A stretch of DNA of 64,000 nucleotides from Patescibacteria group bacterium (GCA_024654525.1 JANLHI010000030.1:2886-66885); one strand, 5' to 3'. Positions 19,436 through 29,274 are shown, counted from the stretch's first letter. The notes: generated by a model from the sequence alone, not told the origin. Translations and numbers: made by a program.

Positions 19436-20143
19436 CTATTTTTGCTCAGCTATTTTATCCAAAAAATTAAATAGGAGATTATTCATTTCAGCGTAATTAT
19501 GGCTTCGTAATTGTTCAGCGGTTTCAATATACGGCAAACCTTTATGACCCTCTAATTCGTGCGTATTATTTTCTATCATTCCTTCAATCGCTTCTGGCGT
19601 AAATTCAAAATGACATTGGAAGCCATATATTTTTGGAGCATAACGAATTATTTGTCGCGGGCATCCTTCGCTAGTGGCTAAAATTTTTGATTCTGGAGTA
19701 AGCCCCGGCATATCCCCATGCCAATGACCAACCAAAAATTTTTCAGGAAATTTTCCAATTATCGGGTCTTGCTTTCCGTCTTCTGTAAGCGTTATCGGAA
19801 AAACACCAATTTCTCGGTTTGGGCTATGTCCGAATTTTCCGCCAAGAGCTTCACCAATAAGTTGTGCGCCAAGACAAACACCAAGCAAAATTTTATTTTG
19901 GTTGATAGCTTTTTTAATAAACTCAATTTCCTTTTTTGCGTCATAATGTGGGCACTCTTCTAAAGTCGTTGCGGGAGATTGTGGCCCACCCATAACCACT
20001 AAAAAATCAAAATTACATTTTTCGGGGAAAGTGCCTCCAAGATATTGTCTGGTGTAAGTTATGTCGAGCCCTTTTTTCTTTGCCCATATTTCTGTGGCCG
20101 CAGGAGATTCAAAACTTTCATGCATTATAATATGTATTTTCAT
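19436..20143 (-). CDS. Type 1 glutamine amidotransferase
   Basis: MGGP, GVCLGAQ (catalytic Cys), WHGD, QCHFE. Confidence 0.92.
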   Translation of the reverse strand: MKIHIIMHESFESPAATEIWAKKKGLDITYTRQYLGGTFPEKCNFDFLVVMGGPQSPATTLEECPHYDAKKEIEFIKKAINQNKILLGVCLGAQLIGEALGGKFGHSPNREIGVFPITLTEDGKQDPIIGKFPEKFLVGHWHGDMPGLTPESKILATSEGCPRQIIRYAPKIYGFQCHFEFTPEAIEGMIENNTHELEGHKGLPYIETAEQLRSHNYAEMNNLLFNFLDKIAEQK

Positions 20144-20371
20144 ATATTCATAAATTATTTCAGAAGTTCCTCCATTGGAACGCCTAACGACTTGGCGATT
20201 TTTATGGACCGATTTATTAGTTTTAAAATGTCTTCTCTCACCTTAACATTAATCAAACGAACATCTTTGGTTTTCTCATAAAGTTTATCCAAATAAGAGC
20301 TAATTTCGGGTTGCATTGTATTTAAAGATCTGGGGCGGTTATGTCTCTCAAGTGGGTGCTTAATCGTACGA

Positions 20372-20626
20372 TTAACTACAAAAAATAATTCTTTAACATC
20401 TTCTTAATAGTTCTAAATCCCCAGCCGCTCTTAAGATATTCTTCTCGTGATTTGGCATCCCTCATATTCAAAACGCTTCATAGAATATCAGTTCGTAGGG
20501 GCGAAACGGTTTTGTCGCCTGACTTTTGCCGCTGTTGTGTTCGGCAACTCGTTTCTCAAGGTCGGCTGTATATCCAATATATAAACTTTGGTTTTTCTTA
20601 CTCTGCAAAATGTAAACGTAATACAT
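20372..20626 (-). pseudogene. GIY-YIG nuclease, frameshifted
   Basis: MYYVYIL...LYIGYT...YEAF then TGA; adding one T in the T-run restores LNMRDAKSREEYLKSGWG...*. Confidence 0.8.
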
Positions 20627-20711
20627 TTTTTGTGTTATGGCGGGACGTAATAATTTCTTCGAAATTAAACGTCCCAGCAACGTAAAATTTGCCGTGCAAA
20701 TTTGTACGTTG

Positions 20712-20798
20712 CGGAGGGGGTGAGATTCGAACTCACGATACCCTTTCGAGTATACCGCATTTCGAGTGCGGCGCCTTCGGCCACTCAGCCACCCCTCC
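20712..20798 (-). tRNA. tRNA-Ser(CGA)
   Basis: GGAGGGG/CCCCTCC acceptor, CCGCA-CTCGAAA-TGCGG anticodon arm, long variable arm. Confidence 0.95.
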
Positions 20799-21026
20799 AT
20801 TGTCTCGCCAAAACTTTAGTGCAGGCGGACTCACTCGCTATTCTATGCACAAATGACAAGAAAATAAAGTCACGCGGTATTATTTTAAGGTTATAGTCAT
20901 TGTAGTTGTTGCACAGTTTGATACAATTTTATGTAGTGGCAACGTATAAACTTACTTAAGAGACGAAGAATTCCTTGTTTAAATTTTATTTTTCAAGTTA
21001 TTGCGTGAGATAAACTTTTTATATTT

Positions 21027-22727
21027 ATGAAGAAAAAACCATTGAGTCAGGATGTTGTCCGGGAAGATGCAGTGAAATTTGATGATACTGCAATCAGAGA
21101 GCTTCTTCTCAAGGAGAGTTATGTGAGTGAAGAAGATGCACAGAAGGCTGATGATTTTGCGAAAGAGCATCACACGGCTTTTATTGATTATCTTCTCCAA
21201 GAGCGTCTCATTACCAAAGATCTTATAGGACAAGCAATTGCGGAGTCACTCAAGATTCCTTATGCCGACTTAAATTCAACCCCGTCAACTTCCGAGCAGG
21301 TACAAAAGATTCCCGAAGACATTGCCAAGAAATATCGAGTGGTCATTTTTACCGAAGAGGATAAAAAGGTAATGGTTGCTACCGACAATCCACAGGATGA
21401 AAATCTTTTGCCGGAGATTGAAAAGCTTTTTCCGGGAAAGAAGATTGATATTGCTTACTCGATCGCTGATGACATTGATGCAAGTTTTGTGCATTATCAA
21501 AAACCACTGGAGACACGATTTTCCAAAATTATCGAGAAAAAAGGAAGAATTGCACCGGAACTTTTGGAAGAAATATTTGATGACGCGCTTGTATATCATG
21601 CATCCGATATTCATTTTGAACCTCGGCAAAATAACGTATTAGTAAGGTTCCGTGTCGATGGTGTGTTGCATGAAGCGGGGAAAATTCCGAGGGAGTATTA
21701 TGAAAATATTTTAAATCGCATCAAAGTACAAAGTGGGTTGCGTATTGATGAGCATGTTACCGCACAGGATGGTTCTCTTCGTTATGAGAAGGGAAGTGCG
21801 GTGGTTGATATGAGAACTTCCATTGTTCCCACCGTTGAGGGAGAGAAGGTGGTATTACGTGTGCTTTCGGCATATGTGCAGGGATTTTCTCTCGGAGATA
21901 TCGGTTTGTCGCCCGCGCACCAGGAACTTCTTCGAGAGGCGGCGGACAAGCCATTTGGCATGATCCTTGTAGTGGGTCCAACCGGTTCCGGAAAGACAAC
22001 CACGTTGTATTCACTTTTGAAAATTGTAAATAATCCGGATGTGAATATCACTACCATTGAAGACCCTGTGGAATATAAAGTGGTGGGAGTGAATCAAATT
22101 CAAGTGAACAATCAAACGAAGCTCACGTTTGCAAAAGGATTGCGTTCCATTGTTCGTCAAGATCCGGATATCATTCTCGTTGGTGAAATACGCGATCAAG
22201 AAACTGCGGAGATTGCGGTGAATGCCGCACTTACCGGCCACCTGTTGTATTCCACGTTTCACGCGAATGATGCCGCAACCGCACTTCCTCGACTTTTGGA
22301 TATGGGTACAGAGCCGTTTTTACTTGCTTCCACATTACAGGTTATTGTTGCGCAACGACTTGTGCGGAAAATTTGCGAACATTGTAAACATAGCGTTACA
22401 AAATCTTCGAGTGATTTTAATACTCCACAGCTTAAGACAAGCCATGCATATTTTGGAGGGAAGTCGGCAACTTTTTACGAGGGGAAAAAGTGTGAAGCGT
22501 GCGGGTATACGGGATATCTTGGGCGCACGGCAATTTTCGAATTCATAAAAATCACCCCGGAGATGCAAGATCTCATTCTTCATTCTCCTTCAACAAAGGA
22601 AATTTGGAAGCTGGCTCGCAAAGAGGGATCAAACACACTTTTTGAAGATGGAATTGAGAAGGTGAAAGTGGGGATAACGACACTTGAAGAGCTTCTTCGA
22701 GTTGCAGAGCCTCCGGATAAGACATAG
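21027..22727 (+). CDS. pilB: Type IV pilus assembly ATPase PilB/GspE
   Basis: ASDIH, GPTGSGKTT, TIEDPVE, RQDPD, LTGH, tetra-Cys motif. Confidence 0.95.
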   Translation: MKKKPLSQDVVREDAVKFDDTAIRELLLKESYVSEEDAQKADDFAKEHHTAFIDYLLQERLITKDLIGQAIAESLKIPYADLNSTPSTSEQVQKIPEDIAKKYRVVIFTEEDKKVMVATDNPQDENLLPEIEKLFPGKKIDIAYSIADDIDASFVHYQKPLETRFSKIIEKKGRIAPELLEEIFDDALVYHASDIHFEPRQNNVLVRFRVDGVLHEAGKIPREYYENILNRIKVQSGLRIDEHVTAQDGSLRYEKGSAVVDMRTSIVPTVEGEKVVLRVLSAYVQGFSLGDIGLSPAHQELLREAADKPFGMILVVGPTGSGKTTTLYSLLKIVNNPDVNITTIEDPVEYKVVGVNQIQVNNQTKLTFAKGLRSIVRQDPDIILVGEIRDQETAEIAVNAALTGHLLYSTFHANDAATALPRLLDMGTEPFLLASTLQVIVAQRLVRKICEHCKHSVTKSSSDFNTPQLKTSHAYFGGKSATFYEGKKCEACGYTGYLGRTAIFEFIKITPEMQDLILHSPSTKEIWKLARKEGSNTLFEDGIEKVKVGITTLEELLRVAEPPDKT

Positions 22728-22862
22728 TCAGAAGCAGTAACATTCACTGTAGATGTTTTACAAAATATGTTCGACACGAAACCGCATCTTACGCATTTAT
22801 CATTCATTATCGATGTGTGCAACTAAGTTTTGGAGAGAAAAATTAATATATAATACCGCGCA

Positions 22863-24293
22863 ATGACTTTTGGTCTTTCAAAAGAAAGGGATTATTTTAT
22901 AGAAAATTTAAGCATGCTGATTGCAAGCGGTATGCCGATTACTTCGGCACTTGATGCCATGGCACTCGAAATGCGTTCACGCCGCATGAAGAGTATCGTT
23001 GCAGATATAAAAGCGGATATTGAATCGGGGTCTCCGTTATGGAAGGCGCTTGTGACTACTAATCTTTTTCCCGATCATGCGGTTTCGTTGATTCAACTTG
23101 GCGAAGAATCGGGGAAGCTTATGGAAAATTTGAAAGTAGTCGCGGTTGAGCAAGAAAAAGATCGCGTGTTCAAGTCGAAGCTTCGTTCCGCCATGATGTA
23201 CCCGGTGTTTGTACTTTCCCTTACGGTAATTATCGGTGTTGGTATCGCGTGGTTCATTCTTCCGAAGCTTGCAACTGTATTTTCTCAGCTTAAGATTAAA
23301 TTACCGCTTATCACGAAGATTCTAATTGAATCGGGAATATTTCTTGGCAATTATGGGCAGTATGTGGTGCCTGCGGGTATCGTAGTAATGGGATTGTTTT
23401 TCTTTTTCCTCTTTTCATTTCGCAAGACAAAATTTATAGGTCAGTTTGTTTTATTTTCTTCTCCCGGTATCAAGGGTCTTATTAAAGAAGTAGAAGTGGC
23501 TCGGTTTGGGTATCTTCTTGGGACTCTTTTGGAAGCAGGACTTCCCATTACCCATGTGTTTAATTCGCTTGCGAATGCCACTGAAGTTGCGCCATATCGC
23601 AAACTTTATTTTCATTTGCGTGATTCGATAAAAGACGGAAATTCTCTTCAGAAAAGTTTTGGTACATTCAGACATGCAAATCGTTTGATTCCTGCTCCCA
23701 TACAACAATTGATTTTTGTCGGAGAACAATCGGGTTCGTTATCAACGACTTCATTAAAAATTGGCGCTACTTTTGAAACAAAAGCGGATACCAGTACAAA
23801 AAATCTTGCCGTTATTTTAGAGCCGATTCTTCTCGTTATTGTATGGCTTGGTGTGGTTGCGGTGGCACTTGCGGTTATCTTGCCTATCTACAATCTTATA
23901 GGAGGTTTCAATGCGGGAGGACAACAAACACCACAAACAGAAGAGCCATCTGTTTCTGTCGTAGTGGAGGATCCCACGGTAGATCTGGAACTCAAAGTGC
24001 AGGAAGTCTTACCAAGTGCAGAGACCATAGATCAAGGATTGGAAATCCAAGAAGTCGTGCCCGGTGAAGAAGTAGTGAAGGAAAATGAGAATACACTTCG
24101 TATTCTTCCTACGGGCTTTGATTATCTCAATGTGCGCGATGCATCGTCGGTGGGAGGAAATATTATAACTCATGTTGCACCGGGGGATGTATATGTATAT
24201 ACGGAAGAAAGTGAAGGGTGGTACCGAATCGTTTTATCAGACGGTGAATCTGGTTGGGTATCGGGGAAATATATAGAAACAATTGGCAATTAA
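22863..24293 (+). CDS. pilC: PilC/GspF platform protein with C-terminal SH3b domain
   Basis: Two T2SSF repeats (GEESG, GEQSG, LEP...LPIY) followed by an acidic linker and LNVR...GWY...GWVSGKY. Confidence 0.9.
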   Translation: MTFGLSKERDYFIENLSMLIASGMPITSALDAMALEMRSRRMKSIVADIKADIESGSPLWKALVTTNLFPDHAVSLIQLGEESGKLMENLKVVAVEQEKDRVFKSKLRSAMMYPVFVLSLTVIIGVGIAWFILPKLATVFSQLKIKLPLITKILIESGIFLGNYGQYVVPAGIVVMGLFFFFLFSFRKTKFIGQFVLFSSPGIKGLIKEVEVARFGYLLGTLLEAGLPITHVFNSLANATEVAPYRKLYFHLRDSIKDGNSLQKSFGTFRHANRLIPAPIQQLIFVGEQSGSLSTTSLKIGATFETKADTSTKNLAVILEPILLVIVWLGVVAVALAVILPIYNLIGGFNAGGQQTPQTEEPSVSVVVEDPTVDLELKVQEVLPSAETIDQGLEIQEVVPGEEVVKENENTLRILPTGFDYLNVRDASSVGGNIITHVAPGDVYVYTEESEGWYRIVLSDGESGWVSGKYIETIGN

Positions 24294-24322
24294 TACTGGA
24301 TATTTGAAAGAAATTTATAGAA

Positions 24323-24796
24323 ATGAAAAAGAAAAATTCCAGTGTCAAATGTCAAATTTCAAATATGAGAGCGGGATTTACACTCCTTGAAATGCTCCTT
24401 TCTCTTTCGGCAATCACGCTTATCGCGGGAATCGGCGTTCCGGTGTATCAGTCATTTCAAAACAGGAATAATTTAGATATCGCGGCGACTACTGTGGTGC
24501 AAAACATGCGTCGCGCGCAAGTTCTTTCACACGCGGTTGATGGTGATACAAGTTGGGGGGTAAAGGCGCAATCGGGGAGCATTGTAATGTTCAAGGGAGC
24601 GAGTTATGTCGCGCGCGATGCTGATTTTGACGAGGTATTCGAAGTACCGACAAATATGACCGTATCCGGAATAGGGGAATATGTTTTTACAAAATTTACG
24701 GGATTGCCCGCAAGTGTGGGTACCACGACGCTTATGTCGGTGAATAATGAAACGAGAACAATTACCATTAATGCAAAAGGCACCATTGAATACTGA
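24323..24796 (+). CDS. Type IV minor pilin
   Basis: G|FTLLEML prepilin motif. Confidence 0.9.
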   Translation: MKKKNSSVKCQISNMRAGFTLLEMLLSLSAITLIAGIGVPVYQSFQNRNNLDIAATTVVQNMRRAQVLSHAVDGDTSWGVKAQSGSIVMFKGASYVARDADFDEVFEVPTNMTVSGIGEYVFTKFTGLPASVGTTTLMSVNNETRTITINAKGTIEY

Positions 24797-24821
24797 ATAT
24801 GGAATGTGGAATATTGAATAT
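24787..24821 (+). repeat. Heptamer tandem array, left arm (TGAATAC TGAATAT GGAATGT GGAATAT TGAATAT)
   Basis: Five 7-nt units read directly; contains the upstream pilin stop and overlaps the ATG at 24820. Confidence 0.85.
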
Positions 24822-25788
24822 GGATAACGAAAAAATAAAATCATACAAAGATCTTAACACCTGGAAAAATGGGCATGAATTGGTTTTGCAGATATATAAA
24901 ATAACAAAAAAATTTCCAAAAGAGGAGCAATTCGGACTTGTATCACAAATTTGCAGAGCCGCTGTATCTATAACATCAAATATCGCAGAAGGTTTTAGTA
25001 GGAGACTTCCCAAAGATAAAGCACATTTTTATTCAATGGCGAAAGGATCTCTTACAGAAGTAGACAATCAAATCCTTATTGCAAAAGATGTAGGATACAT
25101 TAATGATAGCGATTTTAATAAAATAGGTAGTCAGATAGAGATTGTTGGAAGATTGCTAACGGGGCTTTTAAAGGTAACTCAACATTCAAAATTCAACATT
25201 CAAAATTCATCGCAACAGGGCTTTTCGTTGGTAGAAGTAATACTTGCCAGCGCTGTTTTTGTGTTGCTGGTTACCGCGTTTGTCGGCGCATATCTTTATG
25301 GGCAAGAATCCACTGCACTTGCGGGAAGCCGCGCTCGCGCCACGTTCCTTGTCGAAGAGGGATTAGAGGCGGTGCGTAATATCCGTGATTCTTCATTCGA
25401 AAATCTTATTGATGGCACTTATGGACTGGCTACTACGAGTAATCAGTGGAATCTGTCTGGTTCCAGTGATACGGTCGGTGTGTTTACGAGGCAGATTACC
25501 GTTGCTACGGTAGATGAGAACAGGAAAACGGTTTCTTGTTCGGTTTCATGGCAACAAAATCCACAACGAAATGGTTCAGTATCTCTCACCTCGAGACTTA
25601 CAAATTGGCAAAAGAGTGCTTCGACTCCCGTTTCTTGTAATGAACACACCATACAAGAGGGATATAGTGCGGGAACATGTAGGGCAAATTCCCAGCAATG
25701 TGCAAATAATGGCGAGACGTATCTTTCCACTGGTGATGTGTATTGTACCGATGGCGCTTCTGTCGATACTTGTTGTGCATTGCCTTAA
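24820..25788 (+). CDS. Four-helix-bundle (23S rRNA IVP/bAvd-like) domain fused in frame to a type IV pilin with Cys-rich C-terminus
   Basis: SYKDLNTW...FPKEEQFGLVSQICRAAVSITSNIAEG...AKGSLTE, then without a stop QG|FSLVEV; six Cys near the C-terminus. Confidence 0.88.
   Translation: MDNEKIKSYKDLNTWKNGHELVLQIYKITKKFPKEEQFGLVSQICRAAVSITSNIAEGFSRRLPKDKAHFYSMAKGSLTEVDNQILIAKDVGYINDSDFNKIGSQIEIVGRLLTGLLKVTQHSKFNIQNSSQQGFSLVEVILASAVFVLLVTAFVGAYLYGQESTALAGSRARATFLVEEGLEAVRNIRDSSFENLIDGTYGLATTSNQWNLSGSSDTVGVFTRQITVATVDENRKTVSCSVSWQQNPQRNGSVSLTSRLTNWQKSASTPVSCNEHTIQEGYSAGTCRANSQQCANNGETYLSTGDVYCTDGASVDTCCALP
25175..25209 (+). repeat. Heptamer tandem array, right arm (ACATTCA AAATTCA ACATTCA AAATTCA), inverted relative to the left arm
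   Basis: Reverse complement of left units (ATATTCA/ACATTCC) matches these units. Confidence 0.85.
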
Positions 25789-25800
25789 TTTCGAAATTTT

Positions 25801-26325
25801 ATGTATCTGATTCCAATCCAAAATTCCCGGAAAGGATTTACTCTGATAGAGCTTTTGCTTTACGTTGCCGTTGCGTCCGTATTACTTTCCGCTATCTCCA
25901 CCTTCTTTTTTATTTTGCTTGAATCAAGAGTAAAGAATCAAACAATCGCCGAAGTGGAACAGCAGGGGATGCGCGTGATGCAAATGATTACACGAGCATC
26001 TCGGAATGCCGAGGCGATTACTTCACCCTCTCAAGGAGCTAGTGCTGCTTCTCTCATATTGGATGTGATAACTGTAGCGGATGACCCTACTGTTTTCGAT
26101 CTTTCCGGAGGAGTTCTTCGCATTAAAGAGGGGTCCGGTTCAGTAATTCCACTTACCAATTCGCGCGTTACCGCTTCTTCACTTTCTTTTTTCAATCTTT
26201 CTCGTGCGAGTACTCCGGGCGCTATTAGTATTCAATTCACACTTACCCACGCAAATCCTGCGGGGAGAAATGAGTATAATTTTAGTGAAACATTCTATGG
26301 AAGTGCATCGCTTCGGCAACCATAA
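25801..26325 (+). CDS. Type IV minor pilin (PilW-like)
   Basis: G|FTLIELL. Confidence 0.9.
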   Translation: MYLIPIQNSRKGFTLIELLLYVAVASVLLSAISTFFFILLESRVKNQTIAEVEQQGMRVMQMITRASRNAEAITSPSQGASAASLILDVITVADDPTVFDLSGGVLRIKEGSGSVIPLTNSRVTASSLSFFNLSRASTPGAISIQFTLTHANPAGRNEYNFSETFYGSASLRQP

Positions 26326-26380
26326 GATAAAATTTTGAATTCCAAACTTATTATTCAATTATCTCAATCTACTCATAGCC

Positions 26381-26803
26381 ATGTTTCAATCTACTTACTA
26401 CAAAGTTTTTATTAGGCATCGTCAGGGTTATATTACCCTTATAAGTGTTTTGGTGGTTGGCGCTGTTGGAATCGCAATTACCATTTCACTTATTTTACTC
26501 GGATTGAGTTCTTCACGCACAAGCTTTGCAGTGGAACAGTCTAATCAAGCCAAGGCGCTTGTAAATGCGTGCGTTGAAGAAGGAATGCAGCAGATTCGAG
26601 ATGCCACATCATTTACGGGCAGTGGGAGTTTGACTCTCGGTCAGGGGGTATGCAGTTATACGGTGACGAGTCAAGGAGGGCAGAATCGTACTATCGTTGC
26701 GTCGAGTACGGTGGGTACCATTATCCGCAAGACAAAAGTAATCATTGATAAAATTAACCCCACTATTCAGGTTGTCTCGTGGCAGGAAGTAAGTGATTTC
26801 TAG
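26381..26803 (+). CDS. PilX-like minor pilin
   Basis: QG|YITLISVLV lacking Glu5; A...CVEEG; ends SWQEV. Confidence 0.8.
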   Translation: MFQSTYYKVFIRHRQGYITLISVLVVGAVGIAITISLILLGLSSSRTSFAVEQSNQAKALVNACVEEGMQQIRDATSFTGSGSLTLGQGVCSYTVTSQGGQNRTIVASSTVGTIIRKTKVIIDKINPTIQVVSWQEVSDF

Positions 26804-26867
26804 TAAAGAACTTGATAGCGAGGGCGTTTGATGATTAATATGCAAAAAATAACAAAGTTGTGGTAAA

Positions 26868-27389
26868 ATGGGGAGTATGAAGAAATTCTTTTTTAAAAGT
26901 TATATGTCGCGTTCTGAAAGTGAAAGATTTCGAGCAGGTTTCACTCTTCTCGAAATCCTTTTGGTAGTCGCCGCTATCGCGATTCTTGCGGGTATTGTGA
27001 TTGTTGCAATCAACCCCAATAAACAGTTGGGAGACACAAGAAATGCCCAGCGTCGTGCAGATGTAAACACTATTCTTAACGCCGCGTATCAATATACGAT
27101 TGATAATAACGGAACATTGCCTTCTAGTATTGCAAGTTCAACGTGTTCCTCGGTTACCACGAATGAAATTTGTAAAACCGGAGTTGCGACATCAACATGC
27201 AGTGGAAGTTTTATTGCACTTACCGAACTTACCGCAAGCGAACAATATTTAACCTCGCTTCCCATTGATCCACAAGCGACAAGCAGTGCAAATGGCACCG
27301 GCTATCGTATTACAAAAAGCGGCAACGGTCGCGTTACCGTGTGTGCGCCGCTCGCTGAACAAAGTGCGACAATTAGTGTAACAAGGTAA
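26868..27389 (+). CDS. Type IV major pilin
   Basis: G|FTLLEILLV...AINP...RNAQRRAD; YLTSLPIDP; several Cys. Confidence 0.9.
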   Translation: MGSMKKFFFKSYMSRSESERFRAGFTLLEILLVVAAIAILAGIVIVAINPNKQLGDTRNAQRRADVNTILNAAYQYTIDNNGTLPSSIASSTCSSVTTNEICKTGVATSTCSGSFIALTELTASEQYLTSLPIDPQATSSANGTGYRITKSGNGRVTVCAPLAEQSATISVTR

Positions 27390-27441
27390 GAAGTGTTATT
27401 TCATACGCAACGAAAACATCCTCGCTTGTTATCAGCATAGA

Positions 27442-29274
27442 ATGAGCATTAAAGCAAAACTGTTATATATCGCCGTTTTTTCTTTTTTGGCGATTGTTGT
27501 TCTTGGTGTTCTTCTCTTTTTTTCTTATCAGCAGTTTAACGAAGCGATTGGGAGGAGTAGTATCGCGAATCAAATAGCCACGGGCGTCTATGAAAGAAGG
27601 CTTATTTTGGATGAATATTTACTTGATTACGGAGACGTTCATAGGGACGAATGGCTTACCAAGAACAATGATTTGGCACGTCTTTTGCAATCCCTTTCTC
27701 CGAAGTTTTCCGAAGTGCGATACAAAGAAGTCATTAACAATTTACTCATAAAATTTGCGATTAACAGGAAAGTATTCCTTGAGCTGTCCGAAGTTCGTGG
27801 TGCGGAGAATATTAAGGAAGAAAAGTTGACTTCTCAACTTTTATTTAACACTCAAGAGATAATTTCAGACACAAAGAAATTCGCCGCACTTAGCGTGGAG
27901 GAAGCAAGGCATAGTGAGGAGACCGCAGTGTTACTTTTGGGAAGTTTTAGTGTGGTATTGGTGCTTATAATCTTTGGAATCATCTTTGTTTTTTGGTTTA
28001 GCATTGTGCGTCCGATTATTAAATTTCGTGAGGGGACGGAAATTATATCTTCGGGAAATTTCAAACATAGGGTTGTTGTGAGTAGTCATGATGAAATAGG
28101 CCAGCTTGCAAAATCCTTTAATGACATGGCGGGGCGGTTGCAGGGATCGTACGCGGGTTTAGAAGAGAAAGTGCATGCAAGAACCGAGGCATTGGCTCAA
28201 GCGCAGTCGTTAGCGCATATCGGGAGTTGGGAGTGGGAAATCGGAAGTAATAATATGATATGGTCTGATGAGCTTTATCGTGTTTTTGGGGTGACGCGTC
28301 AAGAAGTTCCACAGTCATATTATGCATATTTACAGCAAGTGTTCCCGGATGATTTGGAAAAAGTGGAAGTAGCCATACAAAATACTCTCGAGACTCATGA
28401 GCCGTTTGAATTTGATCATAGGATTAAACTTCCGGATGGAACCTCCCGATGGGTTCGTGGAAGAGGAGCTGTGATTATGGACGCAAAAGGCGTGCCGGTA
28501 AAAATGGAAGGCACGGCTCAGGATATTACAAAAGAAAAGGAGATTGATCGCCAAAAAAACGAATTTATATCCATTGTTTCTCATCAGCTTCGTACCCCTT
28601 TGGGGAGTATGCGGTGGAATTTGGAGTTGTTGCAATCAGAGACTCACACATTATCGGAAGAGGCGCAGGGGAGAGTGAATGAGATGTATAAGAGTGATCT
28701 TCGCTTGATTCGCCTTGTAGGAGACCTTTTGAACGTGGCACGTATAGAGGGCGGTAGAACGAAAGATGAACCGGAACTTTCTGAAATTTTTGGTATTGTC
28801 GAGAGTGCGATCAAAGAAATGGAACCGGAAGCGAATAAAAAATCGGTAGCACTTGCATTTTCTTCCGTGGAAACAGCCATACCTAAGATTATGATTGATC
28901 CGAAACGATTTCGAGAGGTTATTCAGAATCTTCTTTCTAATGCGGTGCGATATACATTGCCGAAGGGACGAGTGTCTGTTAGAGTTGATTATTCCGATAA
29001 TTTGATTAAAATCTCGGTTGCCGACACGGGGATAGGAATTCCGAAGGGAGAACAGTCAAGACTTTTTGTTAAGTTTGCTCGTGCGGAGAATGCGGTGAAA
29101 ATTGATACCGAAGGTACTGGACTTGGACTTTTTATTGTAAAATCGTATGTAGAAGATTGGGGTGGAAAAGTATGGTTTGAAAGTATTGAGGGGAAAGGAA
29201 CAACCTTCTATGTATCGTTGCCTATAAAACCAAATGTGGTGAATATTACAAAAGAAACCGAAGACCATGACTAA
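27442..29274 (+). CDS. Sensor histidine kinase (TM-HAMP-PAS-HisKA-HATPase)
   Basis: DEIGQLA HAMP, GSWEW PAS, SHQLRTP, NLLSNA, DTGIG, GTGLGL. Confidence 0.95.
   Translation: MSIKAKLLYIAVFSFLAIVVLGVLLFFSYQQFNEAIGRSSIANQIATGVYERRLILDEYLLDYGDVHRDEWLTKNNDLARLLQSLSPKFSEVRYKEVINNLLIKFAINRKVFLELSEVRGAENIKEEKLTSQLLFNTQEIISDTKKFAALSVEEARHSEETAVLLLGSFSVVLVLIIFGIIFVFWFSIVRPIIKFREGTEIISSGNFKHRVVVSSHDEIGQLAKSFNDMAGRLQGSYAGLEEKVHARTEALAQAQSLAHIGSWEWEIGSNNMIWSDELYRVFGVTRQEVPQSYYAYLQQVFPDDLEKVEVAIQNTLETHEPFEFDHRIKLPDGTSRWVRGRGAVIMDAKGVPVKMEGTAQDITKEKEIDRQKNEFISIVSHQLRTPLGSMRWNLELLQSETHTLSEEAQGRVNEMYKSDLRLIRLVGDLLNVARIEGGRTKDEPELSEIFGIVESAIKEMEPEANKKSVALAFSSVETAIPKIMIDPKRFREVIQNLLSNAVRYTLPKGRVSVRVDYSDNLIKISVADTGIGIPKGEQSRLFVKFARAENAVKIDTEGTGLGLFIVKSYVEDWGGKVWFESIEGKGTTFYVSLPIKPNVVNITKETEDHD

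Noticed and set aside
20468-20470. TGA recoding (genetic code 25) in the GIY-YIG gene
   Set aside because: The continuation is in another frame, and TGA is a normal stop in conserved genes such as mraZ and hsdM.
20468-20800. ORF-track N-terminal extensions of the GIY-YIG genes (also 31848-31997)
   Set aside because: The extensions run through tRNA-Ser or tRNA-Trp and the repeats; the real starts are 20626 and 31998.
24820-25180. Diversity-generating retroelement suggested by the Avd-like protein near pilins
   Set aside because: No reverse transcriptase and no TR/VR pair differing at adenines was seen in the window.
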